Shown piece by piece: positions 23,433-32,801 of a stretch of DNA of 64,000 bases. This stretch comes from an uncultured bacterium (lineage in GTDB: Bacteria; Deinococcota; Deinococci; Deinococcales; Trueperaceae), in assembly GCA_964545455.1 (NCBI GenBank), contig CAZJGU010000004.1:3409-67408 (forward strand). The letters run 5' to 3'. The first letter of the stretch is position 1. The number at the start of each line of letters is the position of its first letter. The position numbers and the translations under genes are program-made. The notes under the pieces are model-generated. The model saw nothing but the letters and a program-made list of their open reading frames with translations. It was not told where the DNA came from and made no database searches.

Positions 23433-23592
23433 TGATGCTGGGGTCAGGATGTTCTTAATCCTGCTAACATAACGGCGTGAGCTGGAGATCCCACTCGCGT
23501 AGGAAGGGTTGGGCTCGAGCCGGGAATCTCTACGGTCGTGCCCTCGGTCGCGTCACGCGCGCGCACGGCATCGATGCATCCTCGCCAGGAGG

Positions 23593-23802
23593 ATGGCGAC
23601 GTGGAAGGTTCGTGACGTGCTGAGACGACTCTCGGAGGACGGTTGGGTGATCATTCGCCCTGGCCCGCACCGACAGTTGCGGCATCCGGATCGGCCTGGA
23701 ACGGTCACGGTGGCGGGAAAGGGAAGCGACGACGTGCCGATGGGAACGCTCCGCAGCATCTTCCGGCAAGCCGGCGTGCCGTGGCACGACCGAAGGAGAT
23801 GA
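23593..23802 (+). CDS. hicA: HicA toxin
   Basis: ORF 23509-23802 trimmed to ATG 23593 (AGGAGG upstream). MATWKVRDVLRRLSEDGWVIIRPGPHRQLRHPDRPGTVTVAGKGSDDVPMGTLRSIFRQAG. Confidence 0.85.
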   Translation: MATWKVRDVLRRLSEDGWVIIRPGPHRQLRHPDRPGTVTVAGKGSDDVPMGTLRSIFRQAGVPWHDRRR

Positions 23803-23803
23803 C

Positions 23804-24343
23804 GTGGTGCATCAGACGACGACCTCGATCGACGCGTACCCCTTCGCCATGGTCCGCACCAGCACGGGCTTCGCCGGATCGGCCCTCCAGTTCCCGTCGA
23901 TCGCCACGGCGCCGACACGATCGACCCTCGACGTGCTGATGCAGCAGCAGACGGCCCTGTTCCTTCTCGAGCATCGCCGATCGGGTACCCCGCCACCACG
24001 CCCGTTCGACCGATCCGAGATCGACCTGGCGGACTGGACCGACGCGGGCGAGACGTCGGAGGTCGTGTACGTCGCGCCGGCAGACGTCAGCGAAGTCTCC
24101 GTCACGATCGAACGCGCCATTCGCGCCCAGGGCATGACCTACGCTGCGCTCGCGCGACGCATGGCCGTGCCTCGCAGCGTCATCACCCGGCTCACCGATC
24201 CGTTCTACTTCGGCCATACGACCCGTACGCTCAGGAAGGTGGCGGAGGCCTTGGGGCTCGCGCTACGGGTCGACTTCGTCGCTGGACTCGCCGACGACCG
24301 TTCGAGCAGCCCGGTGCGCGAGCCGTCGTCGTCCCACGCGTGA
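23804..24343 (+). CDS. hicB: HicB-like antitoxin with C-terminal HTH
   Basis: It starts 1 nt after the hicA stop. C-terminal region: IRAQGMTYAALARRMAVPRSVITRLTDP...LRKVAEALGLALRVDF. Confidence 0.7.
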   Translation: MVHQTTTSIDAYPFAMVRTSTGFAGSALQFPSIATAPTRSTLDVLMQQQTALFLLEHRRSGTPPPRPFDRSEIDLADWTDAGETSEVVYVAPADVSEVSVTIERAIRAQGMTYAALARRMAVPRSVITRLTDPFYFGHTTRTLRKVAEALGLALRVDFVAGLADDRSSSPVREPSSSHA

Positions 24344-24387
24344 CCACCGAGACAGCGCGGATGAGCGCCGGCACGTTCCTCCGGGAC

Positions 24388-24801
24388 CTAGCGACCCTCG
24401 ACCGTCTTCAGATCCAAGCCCTCGATCCCTTCGAAGTCCCCCGGATTGCACGTGTAGACGGCAAGGCCCCGTGATAGGCCTACCGCGGCGATGAGCGCGT
24501 CGAAGGCCCTCGCCCGTTTCTTCCTTCCCGCTCTTCGCAGGGACAGGGCCACCGAGCCGAACGCGCGTGCGGCAGCCTCGTCGAACGGGAGCGGCTCGAA
24601 GTCGGCCTCGGCCTGCTGAAGGTGCGCTTGCCGTGCACTGCGCTCCTCCTCGGAGGCCGCGACCAGTGGGCCTACCGTCAGCTCTGCCAACGTGATCGTC
24701 GTGATCAACGGTTCGTCCGGAAGGCTCGATGGGTCGTCGATGCCGGGGAGCGAGAGCAGAACGCTCGTGTCGAGGATCCCACGAGTAGGCGTCTCCGACA
24801 T
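24388..24801 (-). CDS. vapC: PIN-domain toxin VapC
   Basis: GILDTSVLL...ITTITLAELTVGP...FDALIAAVGLSRGLAVYTCNPGDFEGI. Confidence 0.85.
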   Translation of the reverse strand: MSETPTRGILDTSVLLSLPGIDDPSSLPDEPLITTITLAELTVGPLVAASEEERSARQAHLQQAEADFEPLPFDEAAARAFGSVALSLRRAGRKKRARAFDALIAAVGLSRGLAVYTCNPGDFEGIEGLDLKTVEGR

Positions 24802-24804
24802 GCT

Positions 24805-25047
24805 TCAGAGCCCCATGTCGATCACGGCGTCGAGGTCTCGCTGCATCGCGTCCGCATCGACGCGCGGCAGGTGCCTGCGGCGCGCCAGGACCTCGTGGAG
24901 GGGTAGGGGAGCTCTCTGGAGTGGCCGCAACTCCGCGATCGGGCGACCGGCGCGGGTAACGGTGAGTCGTTCTCCCGCGATCACGCGCTCGAGCACCTCG
25001 CGCCCGTGGTTCCGCACGTCACGCACGCTGACTTCGTCCTTGCTCAT
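24805..25047 (-). CDS. Phd/YefM-family antitoxin
   Basis: ORF 24805-25062 trimmed to ATG 25047. SVRDVRNHGREVLERVIAGERLTVTRAGRPIAELRPL. TACGCT (25058-25053) lies 5 nt upstream of the ATG. Confidence 0.75.
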   Translation of the reverse strand: MSKDEVSVRDVRNHGREVLERVIAGERLTVTRAGRPIAELRPLQRAPLPLHEVLARRRHLPRVDADAMQRDLDAVIDMGL

Positions 25048-25263
25048 GCCACAGCGTATCACGCGTGAGACACTCCCCTTCTTCGGGATCGATCCCTCCT
25101 TCCAGCATCGGTCATCCGTCCCTTATCCGAATCGACGAGGCCGCACCCAGCCAACCCTCCATGGGTTCATGCCGGTCGCACCCGTGGTTCGCCCCGCCCC
25201 CCCTCGCTACACTCGACCAATGACGCCGCATGCCCCCTCCACCCACGCCCGCCGTTCGCTCGC

Positions 25264-28200
25264 GTGAACGGCCGCGACCGCCTGAGCCAACGACTGGACG
25301 CCCTGGCCGTCCGGATCGACGAGGTCGGCGCCTGGCGCGACCGACACCGCCGGCCGCTGGCCGGCCTGCGGATCCTCGTCGAGGGCGAGGAGCGCCCGAT
25401 CGCCGTCTCCGACCCCTGGCCCGTGCGCGACCGCCCCACCCGCTTCCGCGCGGACGTCACCGCACCCGACGCCGTCGCCGGCCAGCCCCTCGACCTGGTC
25501 GTCGACGTCGGCGGCGAGGGCCTGCTGCGCGTGGACGGGGTGGCCCGCAGCGGCCTCAACCCGTTCCATGGTCGCGTGCGGTTGGCGGACGCCTGCCGGG
25601 CCGGCCAGCGCTGGGACGTCACGATCGAGGCCGTCCCGCACGGCCTCTTCGGTCGCCGGGTCCAGCACCCGCGCGTCCAACGGCTGGACCTGATCGTCCC
25701 CGACCCCGAGATCCGCGCCTTCCACGAGGACCTGCTGGCCACGTTGGACGGCGCACGCACGCACCTGGAGCGCGGCGATCGCGACCTGGCCGATCGCCTC
25801 GCGACGCTGCTGCGCACGGTGCTGACCTCCCTTCCCGTCCCGCGCAGCCCTACCGGCGCCTACCTCGCCCGGGTCGGCCCGGCATTCGTGACCGACGCCA
25901 CCGGGGACCTGGCCGGCCCGGCCGCGTCGTGGGAGGGCTGGACGTTCGAGGACGCGCCGCTGCAGTTGAGCGATGCCCAGCGCACGGCCTGGGCCGAGGC
26001 GCGTCGGCACCTGAACGTCGGTCTCTCCGAGCTCCACGCCGACGCCCCCGGCACGGGCACCCTGATCGCGACCGGGCACGCCCACCTGGACCTCGCCTGG
26101 CTGTGGCCCCTGGCCGAGACCCGGCGCAAGATGGTCCGCACCATCGCCAGCGTCCTGGACGCCATGGACCGGCACCCGGACTACCGCTTCGGACAGTCGA
26201 TGGCGCAGCTCTACGCCTGGCTGGAGGAGGACGACCCCGAGCTGTTCGCGCGCCTGAAGGCCCGCGTGGTGGAGGGGCGCTTCGAGGTGGCCGGCGGCAT
26301 GTGGGTGGAACCGGACGGCAACCTCCCCAGCGGCGAGGCTTGGGTACGGCAGCTGCTGCACGGCCAGCGCTGGTTCGCGTCGCGCTTCGGGTCGATGCCG
26401 CGCGTCGGCTGGCTGCCCGACACCTTCGGCTACGCCGGCAACCTGCCGCAGCTGCTGCGCCAGGCCGGTCTGGACGGCTTCTTCACCACCAAGCTCGAGT
26501 GGAACGACACCGACCGCTTCCCCTACGACCTGTACCGCTGGGAAGGGATCGACGGCACGAGCGTCCTGGCGCACCAGATCACCAACCCTTCCGGCGGCTA
26601 CAACGGCGCCGTCGACGGTCGCGCCCTGGCCGCGACCTGGGAGAACTTCCGGGGCAAGGCGCACCACCGCGTCTCGCTCTACCCGTTCGGGCACGGTGAC
26701 GGCGGCGGCGGTCCGGACGAGGCGATGCTCCAGCGCCTGCCGCGCCTGCAGGCGTTCCCCGGCCTCCCGTCGCTCCGTCCCGGCCGGATCGACGCCTTCT
26801 TCGACGGCGCCGACGTGGACGGCCTGCCCGTCTGGCGGGGCGAGCAGTACCTCGAGCTGCACCGTGGCACGTACACGACGCAGGCCCGCATCAAGCGCCT
26901 GAACCGGCGGCTGGAGCACGTCCTGGTCGAGGCCGAGGCCGCCGCGACCCTGGACGGCGCCCGCGCCGACGACGACCGCGGCCGGCTGCTGCACGACCTC
27001 TGGACCGTGCTGCTGCGCAACCAGTTCCACGACATCCTGCCCGGATCCTCCATCCGCACGGTGAACGAGGAGGCCGAGGCCGAGCTGTCGCAGGCCCTGG
27101 CCCAGGCCGAGGCGGTCCGGACCGGGGCGCTGGCGAGCCTGTCCCGGGCGGTCGTGGCGGACCCTCACGCGAACCCCGATGCGCCGCGCCTGCTGGTGGT
27201 CTGGAACCTGTCCCTCGACCCCCGGCCGCTGCGCACCGTCGTGGCCGCGCCCGAAGCCGACCTCCGCCTGATCGCGCCGGACGGTCGCACCGTCGCGACG
27301 CAGCGCACGGCGGACGGCCTGGTCCTGGACGATCCGCAGGCGATCGTGCCGCCGATGGGGTACCTGGCGCTGCGGGTCGTGGCGACCGAGCCCGGCAATC
27401 CCGAACCCGCCGGCATCCTCGACGTCGCGCCCGACCGCCTCGCCAACGACCGCCTCGAGGTCCGCATCGCGGGCGACGGCACCCTGGCCGCGCTGATCGA
27501 CCGGTCGACGGGCCGGAACCTGCTGGCCGGTCCCGGCGACCGGCTGGTCGCCCACCCCGACCTGCCGCGCTTCTTCGAGGCGTGGGAGCTGGACCCGGAC
27601 GACGCCGAGAGCGCGCACGACCTGACGCTCGAGGCTCCGCCGGAGGTGGTCGAGAGCGGGCCCCTGCGCGCCGCCGTGCGCCTGCGCCGCGGCACCGACG
27701 GCCTGCGCGTCGTGCAGGACCTGCGCCTCACGCGCCACGGCGAGCGGCTGGAGATCGCGACCCGCATCGACGTCCGCGGCCGCCGCATGCTCCTGAGGAG
27801 CCTCACGACGCTGGACGTCCGCAGCGACGCCGTGGCCTTCGAGACCGCCTTCGGCGCGGTGCAGCGTCCCACCCACCGCAACACCCCCTGGGACCAGGCC
27901 CGCTTCGAGGTGCCCGGCCACCGCTGGGCCGAAGCGACCGACGGCCGCGGCGGCGTGGCGCTGCTGAACGACGGCCGCTACGGTCACGCGGCCGAGGGCA
28001 GCACGTTGGGCCTGACCCTGGTGCGCGCGCCGATCCACCCCGACCCGTACGCGGACGAGGGGGAGCACGAGGTCACCTACGCGCTGCGTCCGCTCGCGGC
28101 AGGGGACCGTGCCGGCACGGTCGCGGCGGCGCACGACCTCAACGCGCCGCTGCTGGGCGTGTGGAGCGACGGGGGTGGCGAGGATCCTCTCGAGCGGTCG

Positions 28201-28461
28201 CTGCTGCGGGTCGAGGGCGAGGGCGGGCGCCTGGCCGCGCTGAAGCCGGCGGAGGAGGGGGACGGGGCGGTCCTGCGCGTCTACGAGGCGGCGGGGCGGC
28301 CGGCACGTGTCGCCATCGCGCACCTTCCGCCCGGCTGGACCGTCGAGGGGACGATCGACCTGCTCGAGCGGGCCCGCGACGAGGAGCTCACCGGCGACGA
28401 GCTGCCACTTCGTGCCTACGAGGTCGCGTCGCTTCGCGTGCACAGACGGGATCCCGACTGA
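25264..28461 (+). CDS. Glycoside hydrolase family 38 alpha-mannosidase
   Basis: 1065 aa. GHAHLDLAWLWPLAETRRK, FGQSMAQLYAWLEEDDPELF, VEGRFEVAGGMWVEPDGNLPSGEAWVRQL, WLPDTFGY. Confidence 0.9.
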   Translation: MNGRDRLSQRLDALAVRIDEVGAWRDRHRRPLAGLRILVEGEERPIAVSDPWPVRDRPTRFRADVTAPDAVAGQPLDLVVDVGGEGLLRVDGVARSGLNPFHGRVRLADACRAGQRWDVTIEAVPHGLFGRRVQHPRVQRLDLIVPDPEIRAFHEDLLATLDGARTHLERGDRDLADRLATLLRTVLTSLPVPRSPTGAYLARVGPAFVTDATGDLAGPAASWEGWTFEDAPLQLSDAQRTAWAEARRHLNVGLSELHADAPGTGTLIATGHAHLDLAWLWPLAETRRKMVRTIASVLDAMDRHPDYRFGQSMAQLYAWLEEDDPELFARLKARVVEGRFEVAGGMWVEPDGNLPSGEAWVRQLLHGQRWFASRFGSMPRVGWLPDTFGYAGNLPQLLRQAGLDGFFTTKLEWNDTDRFPYDLYRWEGIDGTSVLAHQITNPSGGYNGAVDGRALAATWENFRGKAHHRVSLYPFGHGDGGGGPDEAMLQRLPRLQAFPGLPSLRPGRIDAFFDGADVDGLPVWRGEQYLELHRGTYTTQARIKRLNRRLEHVLVEAEAAATLDGARADDDRGRLLHDLWTVLLRNQFHDILPGSSIRTVNEEAEAELSQALAQAEAVRTGALASLSRAVVADPHANPDAPRLLVVWNLSLDPRPLRTVVAAPEADLRLIAPDGRTVATQRTADGLVLDDPQAIVPPMGYLALRVVATEPGNPEPAGILDVAPDRLANDRLEVRIAGDGTLAALIDRSTGRNLLAGPGDRLVAHPDLPRFFEAWELDPDDAESAHDLTLEAPPEVVESGPLRAAVRLRRGTDGLRVVQDLRLTRHGERLEIATRIDVRGRRMLLRSLTTLDVRSDAVAFETAFGAVQRPTHRNTPWDQARFEVPGHRWAEATDGRGGVALLNDGRYGHAAEGSTLGLTLVRAPIHPDPYADEGEHEVTYALRPLAAGDRAGTVAAAHDLNAPLLGVWSDGGGEDPLERSLLRVEGEGGRLAALKPAEEGDGAVLRVYEAAGRPARVAIAHLPPGWTVEGTIDLLERARDEELTGDELPLRAYEVASLRVHRRDPD

Positions 28462-28563
28462 GACCCACGCGGCACCCCCCGAGGAAGCGGACGACCACGA
28501 GAGCCGGTCCGGCAAGCTGGGGGGCATGCGCATCGACGACCCTGCCCTCCGACCCGACCCTGG

Positions 28564-28581
28564 CCTATGCTATGACATAGG
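28564..28581. promoter_or_regulatory. Inverted repeat CCTATG-N6-CATAGG upstream of the AbrB-type antitoxin
   Basis: Perfect 6-bp arms immediately 5' of SD AGGAGG (28584-28589) and ATG 28595. Confidence 0.35.
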
Positions 28582-28594
28582 TCAGGAGGTGGAC

Positions 28595-28846
28595 ATGGCG
28601 GACGAACGCATCGTGAGGCTCTTCCGAAACGGCCGGAACCAGGCCGTCCGCATCCCGCGCGAGTTCGAGTTCGAGGCGGACGAAGCCGTGATGCGACGCG
28701 ACGGCGATCGCCTGATCCTCGAGCCGGTACCGCGTCCGGGCTTGCTCGCCTACCTGGCGACGCTGGATCCGATCGAGGACCCGTTCCCCGACGTCGACGC
28801 CGACCTCCTGCCGTTGGACGACCTCTCGATGGACGTGGAACCGTGA
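28595..28846 (+). CDS. vapB: AbrB/SpoVT-fold VapB antitoxin
   Basis: ORF 28307-28846 trimmed to ATG 28595. RIVRLFRNGRNQAVRIPREFEFEADEAVMRRDGDRLILEP. Confidence 0.8.
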   Translation: MADERIVRLFRNGRNQAVRIPREFEFEADEAVMRRDGDRLILEPVPRPGLLAYLATLDPIEDPFPDVDADLLPLDDLSMDVEP

Positions 28847-29289
28847 GCCCGACCGACACGGCCGAGAGCGGCGGGTCGCGCCCGGCCACCGTTTCCTACC
28901 TGATCGACACGGACGCCCTGTCGGACCTGGTGCGACGACCGGACGGGCCGGTGGCGCGGCACATCGCGCGCGTCGGCGAGGACGACGTCTTCACGAGCGT
29001 GATCGTCGCGGGCGAGCTCCGCTACGGCGCCGCGCGGTCGACCTCGCGCATCCTGGCGGACCGCGTCGAAGGTCTGCTCGCCGCCATCACCATCGCGCCG
29101 ATCCGGCCCTCGGTCGCGCGGACGTACGCGACCCTTCGGGCGCACCTCGCGTCGTCCGGCACGCCCATCGGTCCGAACGACCTCTGGATCGCCGCGCACG
29201 CGCTGGTGCTCGGCGCCACCGTCGTGACGCGGAACGTGCGCGAGTTCCGGCGCGTGCCCCACCTCGCCGTCGAGAGGTGGACCGCTTGA
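28843..29289 (+). CDS. vapC: PIN-domain toxin VapC
   Basis: GTGA overlap with vapB. YLIDTDALSDL...VIVAGELRYGA...NDLWIAAHALVLGATVVTRNVREF. Confidence 0.85.
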   Translation: MSPTDTAESGGSRPATVSYLIDTDALSDLVRRPDGPVARHIARVGEDDVFTSVIVAGELRYGAARSTSRILADRVEGLLAAITIAPIRPSVARTYATLRAHLASSGTPIGPNDLWIAAHALVLGATVVTRNVREFRRVPHLAVERWTA

Positions 29290-29314
29290 CGACGGGCGCC
29301 CGTGGCCTCGGCGT

Positions 29315-29683
29315 TCAGCGCCGCAGCCCCCGACGGACCGCGTAGCCGGACGGGGGTCCGAGCAGCACGGCCATCGACAGCATCGGGAGCACGTCGCTCG
29401 GGTTCACCGTCGCCACCGTCAGGATCAACGGCACCATGATCAGGACGGCGACGACCAGCCCGTTCAGCCAGGCGTTCTCCACCAGCGTCGCCTGGGCCAT
29501 GAAGACCACCGCGACCAGCCAGAAGACGACGATGGCGACCATGTTGAGCGCCGGGGCGCCCACCATCACCAAGGGGATCAGGTCCAGCAGCCCCGCCACC
29601 AGACCCACGACGAACACGACCACGGCGCTTCTCACGTTGTGCCTCCGATTCGCAGGCAGCCTACCCGCGGCGGTGATCCCCAC
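29315..29683 (-). CDS. Small integral membrane protein (about 4 TM helices)
   Basis: Hydrophobic segments VVVFVVGLVAGLLDLIPLVMV, MVAIVVFWLVAVVFMA, LNGLVVAVLIMVPLILTV. It lies 9 nt downstream of the malic enzyme gene. The start is uncertain. Confidence 0.5.
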   Translation of the reverse strand: MGITAAGRLPANRRHNVRSAVVVFVVGLVAGLLDLIPLVMVGAPALNMVAIVVFWLVAVVFMAQATLVENAWLNGLVVAVLIMVPLILTVATVNPSDVLPMLSMAVLLGPPSGYAVRRGLRR

Positions 29684-29692
29684 CGGTGACGG

Positions 29693-31435
29693 TCAAGCCT
29701 CCCGCACCTCCCCCTCCGGCAACCGGTACGGCAGGTACTTGGGCGTCCAGTAGCGCCGCTCGACGTAGGCCAGGCGCTCCTCGTGGCTCATCGCCGCGAC
29801 CTCGTCGTCGCGCGCCACGTCGTCCGTCACCGCCGCGTCGATCACGGCCGCCGCGACCTGGATGCTGACCGCGCGCATCTCGGAAACCGGCGGGTAGACC
29901 AGGTCCGGATCGTGCGCCGCGGTGAACGACGCCAGCGCGTAGCCTGCGGCCAGCACCATCCCGTCCGTCACCTTCGATGCGCGCGCCATGACCGCCCCGA
30001 AGCCCAGGCCCGGGAAGATGAAGGCGTTGTTGCCCTGCCCGATCGGGTAGGTCGTACCGTCCAGCACGACCGGATCGAACGGACTGCCGGCCGCGACCAG
30101 CGCCTTGCCGTCGGTCCAGCGCAGCGCGTCCTCCGGCAGCACCTCGGTGTTGGCCGTCGGGTTCGAAACGGGGAAGACGATCGGCCGGTCGGTGTTCGCG
30201 ACGACCGCCTCGACGACGTCCTGTCCGAACTGCCCGCCCTGCCCCGACAGGCCGATCAGCACCGTCGCCTTCAGGCCCCGCACCGTGTCCAGCAGGCCCG
30301 GGTTGCTGCCGTCCTCGCTCCAGTCCGCCACCGCCTCGGCGGACTGGGCGAAGGCGCGCTTGTACGGGTCCACGTCGCGCCCGTCGTGCACCACCCCGCG
30401 CGAGTCCAGCACCGCCACGCGCGCCAGCGCCTCGTCCCGGTCCAGGCCCTCGCGCACCATGCCCTCGACGATCGCCCAGGCGACGCCGATCCCGCCCGCG
30501 CCCGCGCCGGAGATGACGATGCGCTGGTCGCCCAGCCGCTCGCCCTTGATCCGGCAGGCCGACAGCAGCCCGGAGAGGATCACCGCGCCGGTCCCCTGGA
30601 TGTCGTCGTTGAACGACGGCAGCGTGTCGCGGTAGCGCTCCAGCACCGCGAACGCCGTGTCCTTCGACAGGTCCTCCCACTGCACCAGCGCCTTGGGGTA
30701 GCGCTCCTGAACGGCGTCGACGAAGCGGTCGAGGACCGCGAGGTACGGATCGCCCCGCAGGCGCTCCTCGCTCACGCCCAGGTAGTACGGATCCTCGCGC
30801 AGGCCGGCCCGGTCGGTGCCGACGTCCAGGGCGACCGGCAGCGTCTTGTCCGGCCCCAGGCCACCCGCGACGGTGTAGATCGAGAGCTTGCCGATCGAGA
30901 TCGCCATGCCGCCCCAGCCCTGGTCGCCGATGCCGAGGATCGCCGACGCGTCCGTCGCGACGATCAGGCGCACGTCGTCCAGCGGTACGTTCGCGAGCAC
31001 CTTCGCCGCCTGCGGCGCCGTCTCGCGCGTCAGGGTGAACCCGCGCGGCACCCGGTAGATGGCCGAGAACTCCTGCACCGCCGTCCCGACCGTTGGCGTG
31101 TAGATGACCGGCAGGACCGTCTCCAGGTGCCGCGCGACGAAGGCGTAGAAGAGCACCTCGTTACGGTCCTGGAGCAGCCGCAGGAAGACGTGCCGCTCCA
31201 GCGGGTCGTCGATCTCGACGTAGCGCGGCTCCAACCGCTCCAACTGCATCTCCAGGTCGTCCACCTTCGGCGGCAGCAGACCCTCGAGCCCCAGCAGCTC
31301 CCGTTCGTCCTCGGTGAACGCCGTGCCCTTGTTCAGCAGCGGCAGGCGCAGGAGCTGGAAGCCGTCGACGTACGGCTCGATGAAGCGGTGACCGTCCTCG
31401 TCGCGGCGGACGTCGTAGAAGCGGCTGAGGGGCAT
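29693..31435 (-). CDS. NAD(P)-dependent malic enzyme
   Basis: 580 aa. [42 protein letters not shown]-like [24 protein letters not shown]. Confidence 0.92.
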   Translation of the reverse strand: MPLSRFYDVRRDEDGHRFIEPYVDGFQLLRLPLLNKGTAFTEDERELLGLEGLLPPKVDDLEMQLERLEPRYVEIDDPLERHVFLRLLQDRNEVLFYAFVARHLETVLPVIYTPTVGTAVQEFSAIYRVPRGFTLTRETAPQAAKVLANVPLDDVRLIVATDASAILGIGDQGWGGMAISIGKLSIYTVAGGLGPDKTLPVALDVGTDRAGLREDPYYLGVSEERLRGDPYLAVLDRFVDAVQERYPKALVQWEDLSKDTAFAVLERYRDTLPSFNDDIQGTGAVILSGLLSACRIKGERLGDQRIVISGAGAGGIGVAWAIVEGMVREGLDRDEALARVAVLDSRGVVHDGRDVDPYKRAFAQSAEAVADWSEDGSNPGLLDTVRGLKATVLIGLSGQGGQFGQDVVEAVVANTDRPIVFPVSNPTANTEVLPEDALRWTDGKALVAAGSPFDPVVLDGTTYPIGQGNNAFIFPGLGFGAVMARASKVTDGMVLAAGYALASFTAAHDPDLVYPPVSEMRAVSIQVAAAVIDAAVTDDVARDDEVAAMSHEERLAYVERRYWTPKYLPYRLPEGEVREA

Positions 31436-31507
31436 GCGGGACCTCCAGGGGGCGCGGAACGCGGGTCGAGAGCAGGACGAGCATACCGCCGGCTCGTGAC
31501 GCGCCGC

Positions 31508-32551
31508 TCAGCCGCGTCTCCGCACGTCCATCGACGCCACGACCGCCGCGTGCGGCACCGTCAGCGCGCTGATCAGCACCAGGTAGAGCGCCACGACGTC
31601 GTCGACCGACGACAGGTTCGGCCGGGCCCACGCCGCCAGCCCGGCCAGGATCGCCAGCGCCGCGACCGTGATCGGCAGCAGGTCGCGGGCCAAGCGTCCG
31701 ACCGGTCGGGCCAGGCGCCCCCGCCGGACCGCCTCCGCATCGTTCGGCCGGAGCAGCAGCAGCCGCGCAAGGTGCCGCAGCGAGTGCCAGGCCAGGAAGT
31801 AGACGCCGATCGCCGCGTACGCCGGGACGAGGGCGAAGAACGCGACCAGCAGCCCCACCTCGCCCAGGTCGATCCACGCCCCGGCGCGGTCGCGCGCCGC
31901 CCGCAGCGCCGTCGGCAGGTAGCCCGCCAGCAGCGCCAGCAGGAGCACGGCCAGGGCGATCCTCACCCGCGGATCGCCCAGGCTCCAGCCCGCCGGGTCG
32001 AGGCCCAGCGCCCCGCTCGCCCGCCGGAACAGGTCGTCCGCGGCGGCGGGGAACGCGAGGACGGGCACCAGGATCGGCAGCGCGCCGCGGGTCAGGATCG
32101 TCCCCAGCGAGCCCGCCGCCCCGGTGCGGCGCCGACCGTGGAAGAGCTCGAGGAACCGTTGATCGCCCTGCCCCCAGTGCCACACCGTCAGCGCCAGGAA
32201 GCCCACGAAGGCGACCGTCGGCGCCGTCCACCACACCAGGCCGTAGGCTACGACCGCGGCGAGGTAGAGCGCCAGGAAGCCCGCGTACGGCAGCGGCCGC
32301 CGCGCCCACGCGAGGCCGATCCGCGCGGGTACGAGATGGTCCAGCGCCCCGTGCGGCAGGCCGATCAGCACGATCCCGAGCAGCAGCGGCGCGAGGGCGT
32401 AGCGCTCCACCACGGCGGGCGCGACGAGCTGCGCCCCGAGCGCGAGCGCCGCCGCGATCCAACCGATGACCGTGACGGCGGGGGAGATGCGCGCCTCGGC
32501 CGACGCGGCCTCGCGCGGTGCGCCTCGAGTCCCGATCGCCTGCGTTCCCAT
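31508..32551 (-). CDS. blh: Brp/Blh-family beta-carotene 15,15'-dioxygenase (retinal synthesis)
   Basis: 347 aa polytopic membrane protein with GLPHGALDH and WHSLRHL His motifs. Divergent from the rhodopsin gene. Confidence 0.8.
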   Translation of the reverse strand: MGTQAIGTRGAPREAASAEARISPAVTVIGWIAAALALGAQLVAPAVVERYALAPLLLGIVLIGLPHGALDHLVPARIGLAWARRPLPYAGFLALYLAAVVAYGLVWWTAPTVAFVGFLALTVWHWGQGDQRFLELFHGRRRTGAAGSLGTILTRGALPILVPVLAFPAAADDLFRRASGALGLDPAGWSLGDPRVRIALAVLLLALLAGYLPTALRAARDRAGAWIDLGEVGLLVAFFALVPAYAAIGVYFLAWHSLRHLARLLLLRPNDAEAVRRGRLARPVGRLARDLLPITVAALAILAGLAAWARPNLSSVDDVVALYLVLISALTVPHAAVVASMDVRRRG

Positions 32552-32557
32552 GGTCGG

Positions 32558-32563
32558 AGCCTA
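32558..32563 (-). promoter_or_regulatory. -10-like TAGGCT 6 nt upstream of the blh ATG (leaderless-type)
   Basis: The minus strand reads TAGGCT-CCGACC-ATG (32551). Confidence 0.35.
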
Positions 32564-32801
32564 GGCGCGCGCATGCCGCCGGAACCGTAGGCGGAACCCC
32601 CGCGCGAGCGCTCCGAGGTTGTACGATATGTGCCCTCAAGGACAGTGTTTCTCGTGGTTTGCAGCAGTGCTTCCATAACTCGCGCCGCGATTGCGGCCGG
32701 ACTCGCGGTCCGTACATCCCACGCGTCTCCAGACTCACCTCACGTCCGCCCGCGACCGTCGGCCCACCCCCACGGCGCAGTGGCATTCGAGGAGGAAGCG
32801 C

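Noticed and set aside
23445-23463. AT-rich hairpin CAGGAT-GTTCTTA-ATCCTG between the 382-aa gene and hicA, considered as an attachment site or small RNA.
   Set aside because: It has a single 6-bp stem. No second copy is in the window and no flanking recombinase is present. It is more simply an intergenic structural or terminator element.
32552-32801. The 250-nt region upstream of the rhodopsin gene, examined for a riboswitch or a strong consensus promoter.
   Set aside because: I could not identify a conserved riboswitch core or a convincing -35/-10 pair for the plus strand. Only the blh-side TAGGCT-N6-ATG is clear.
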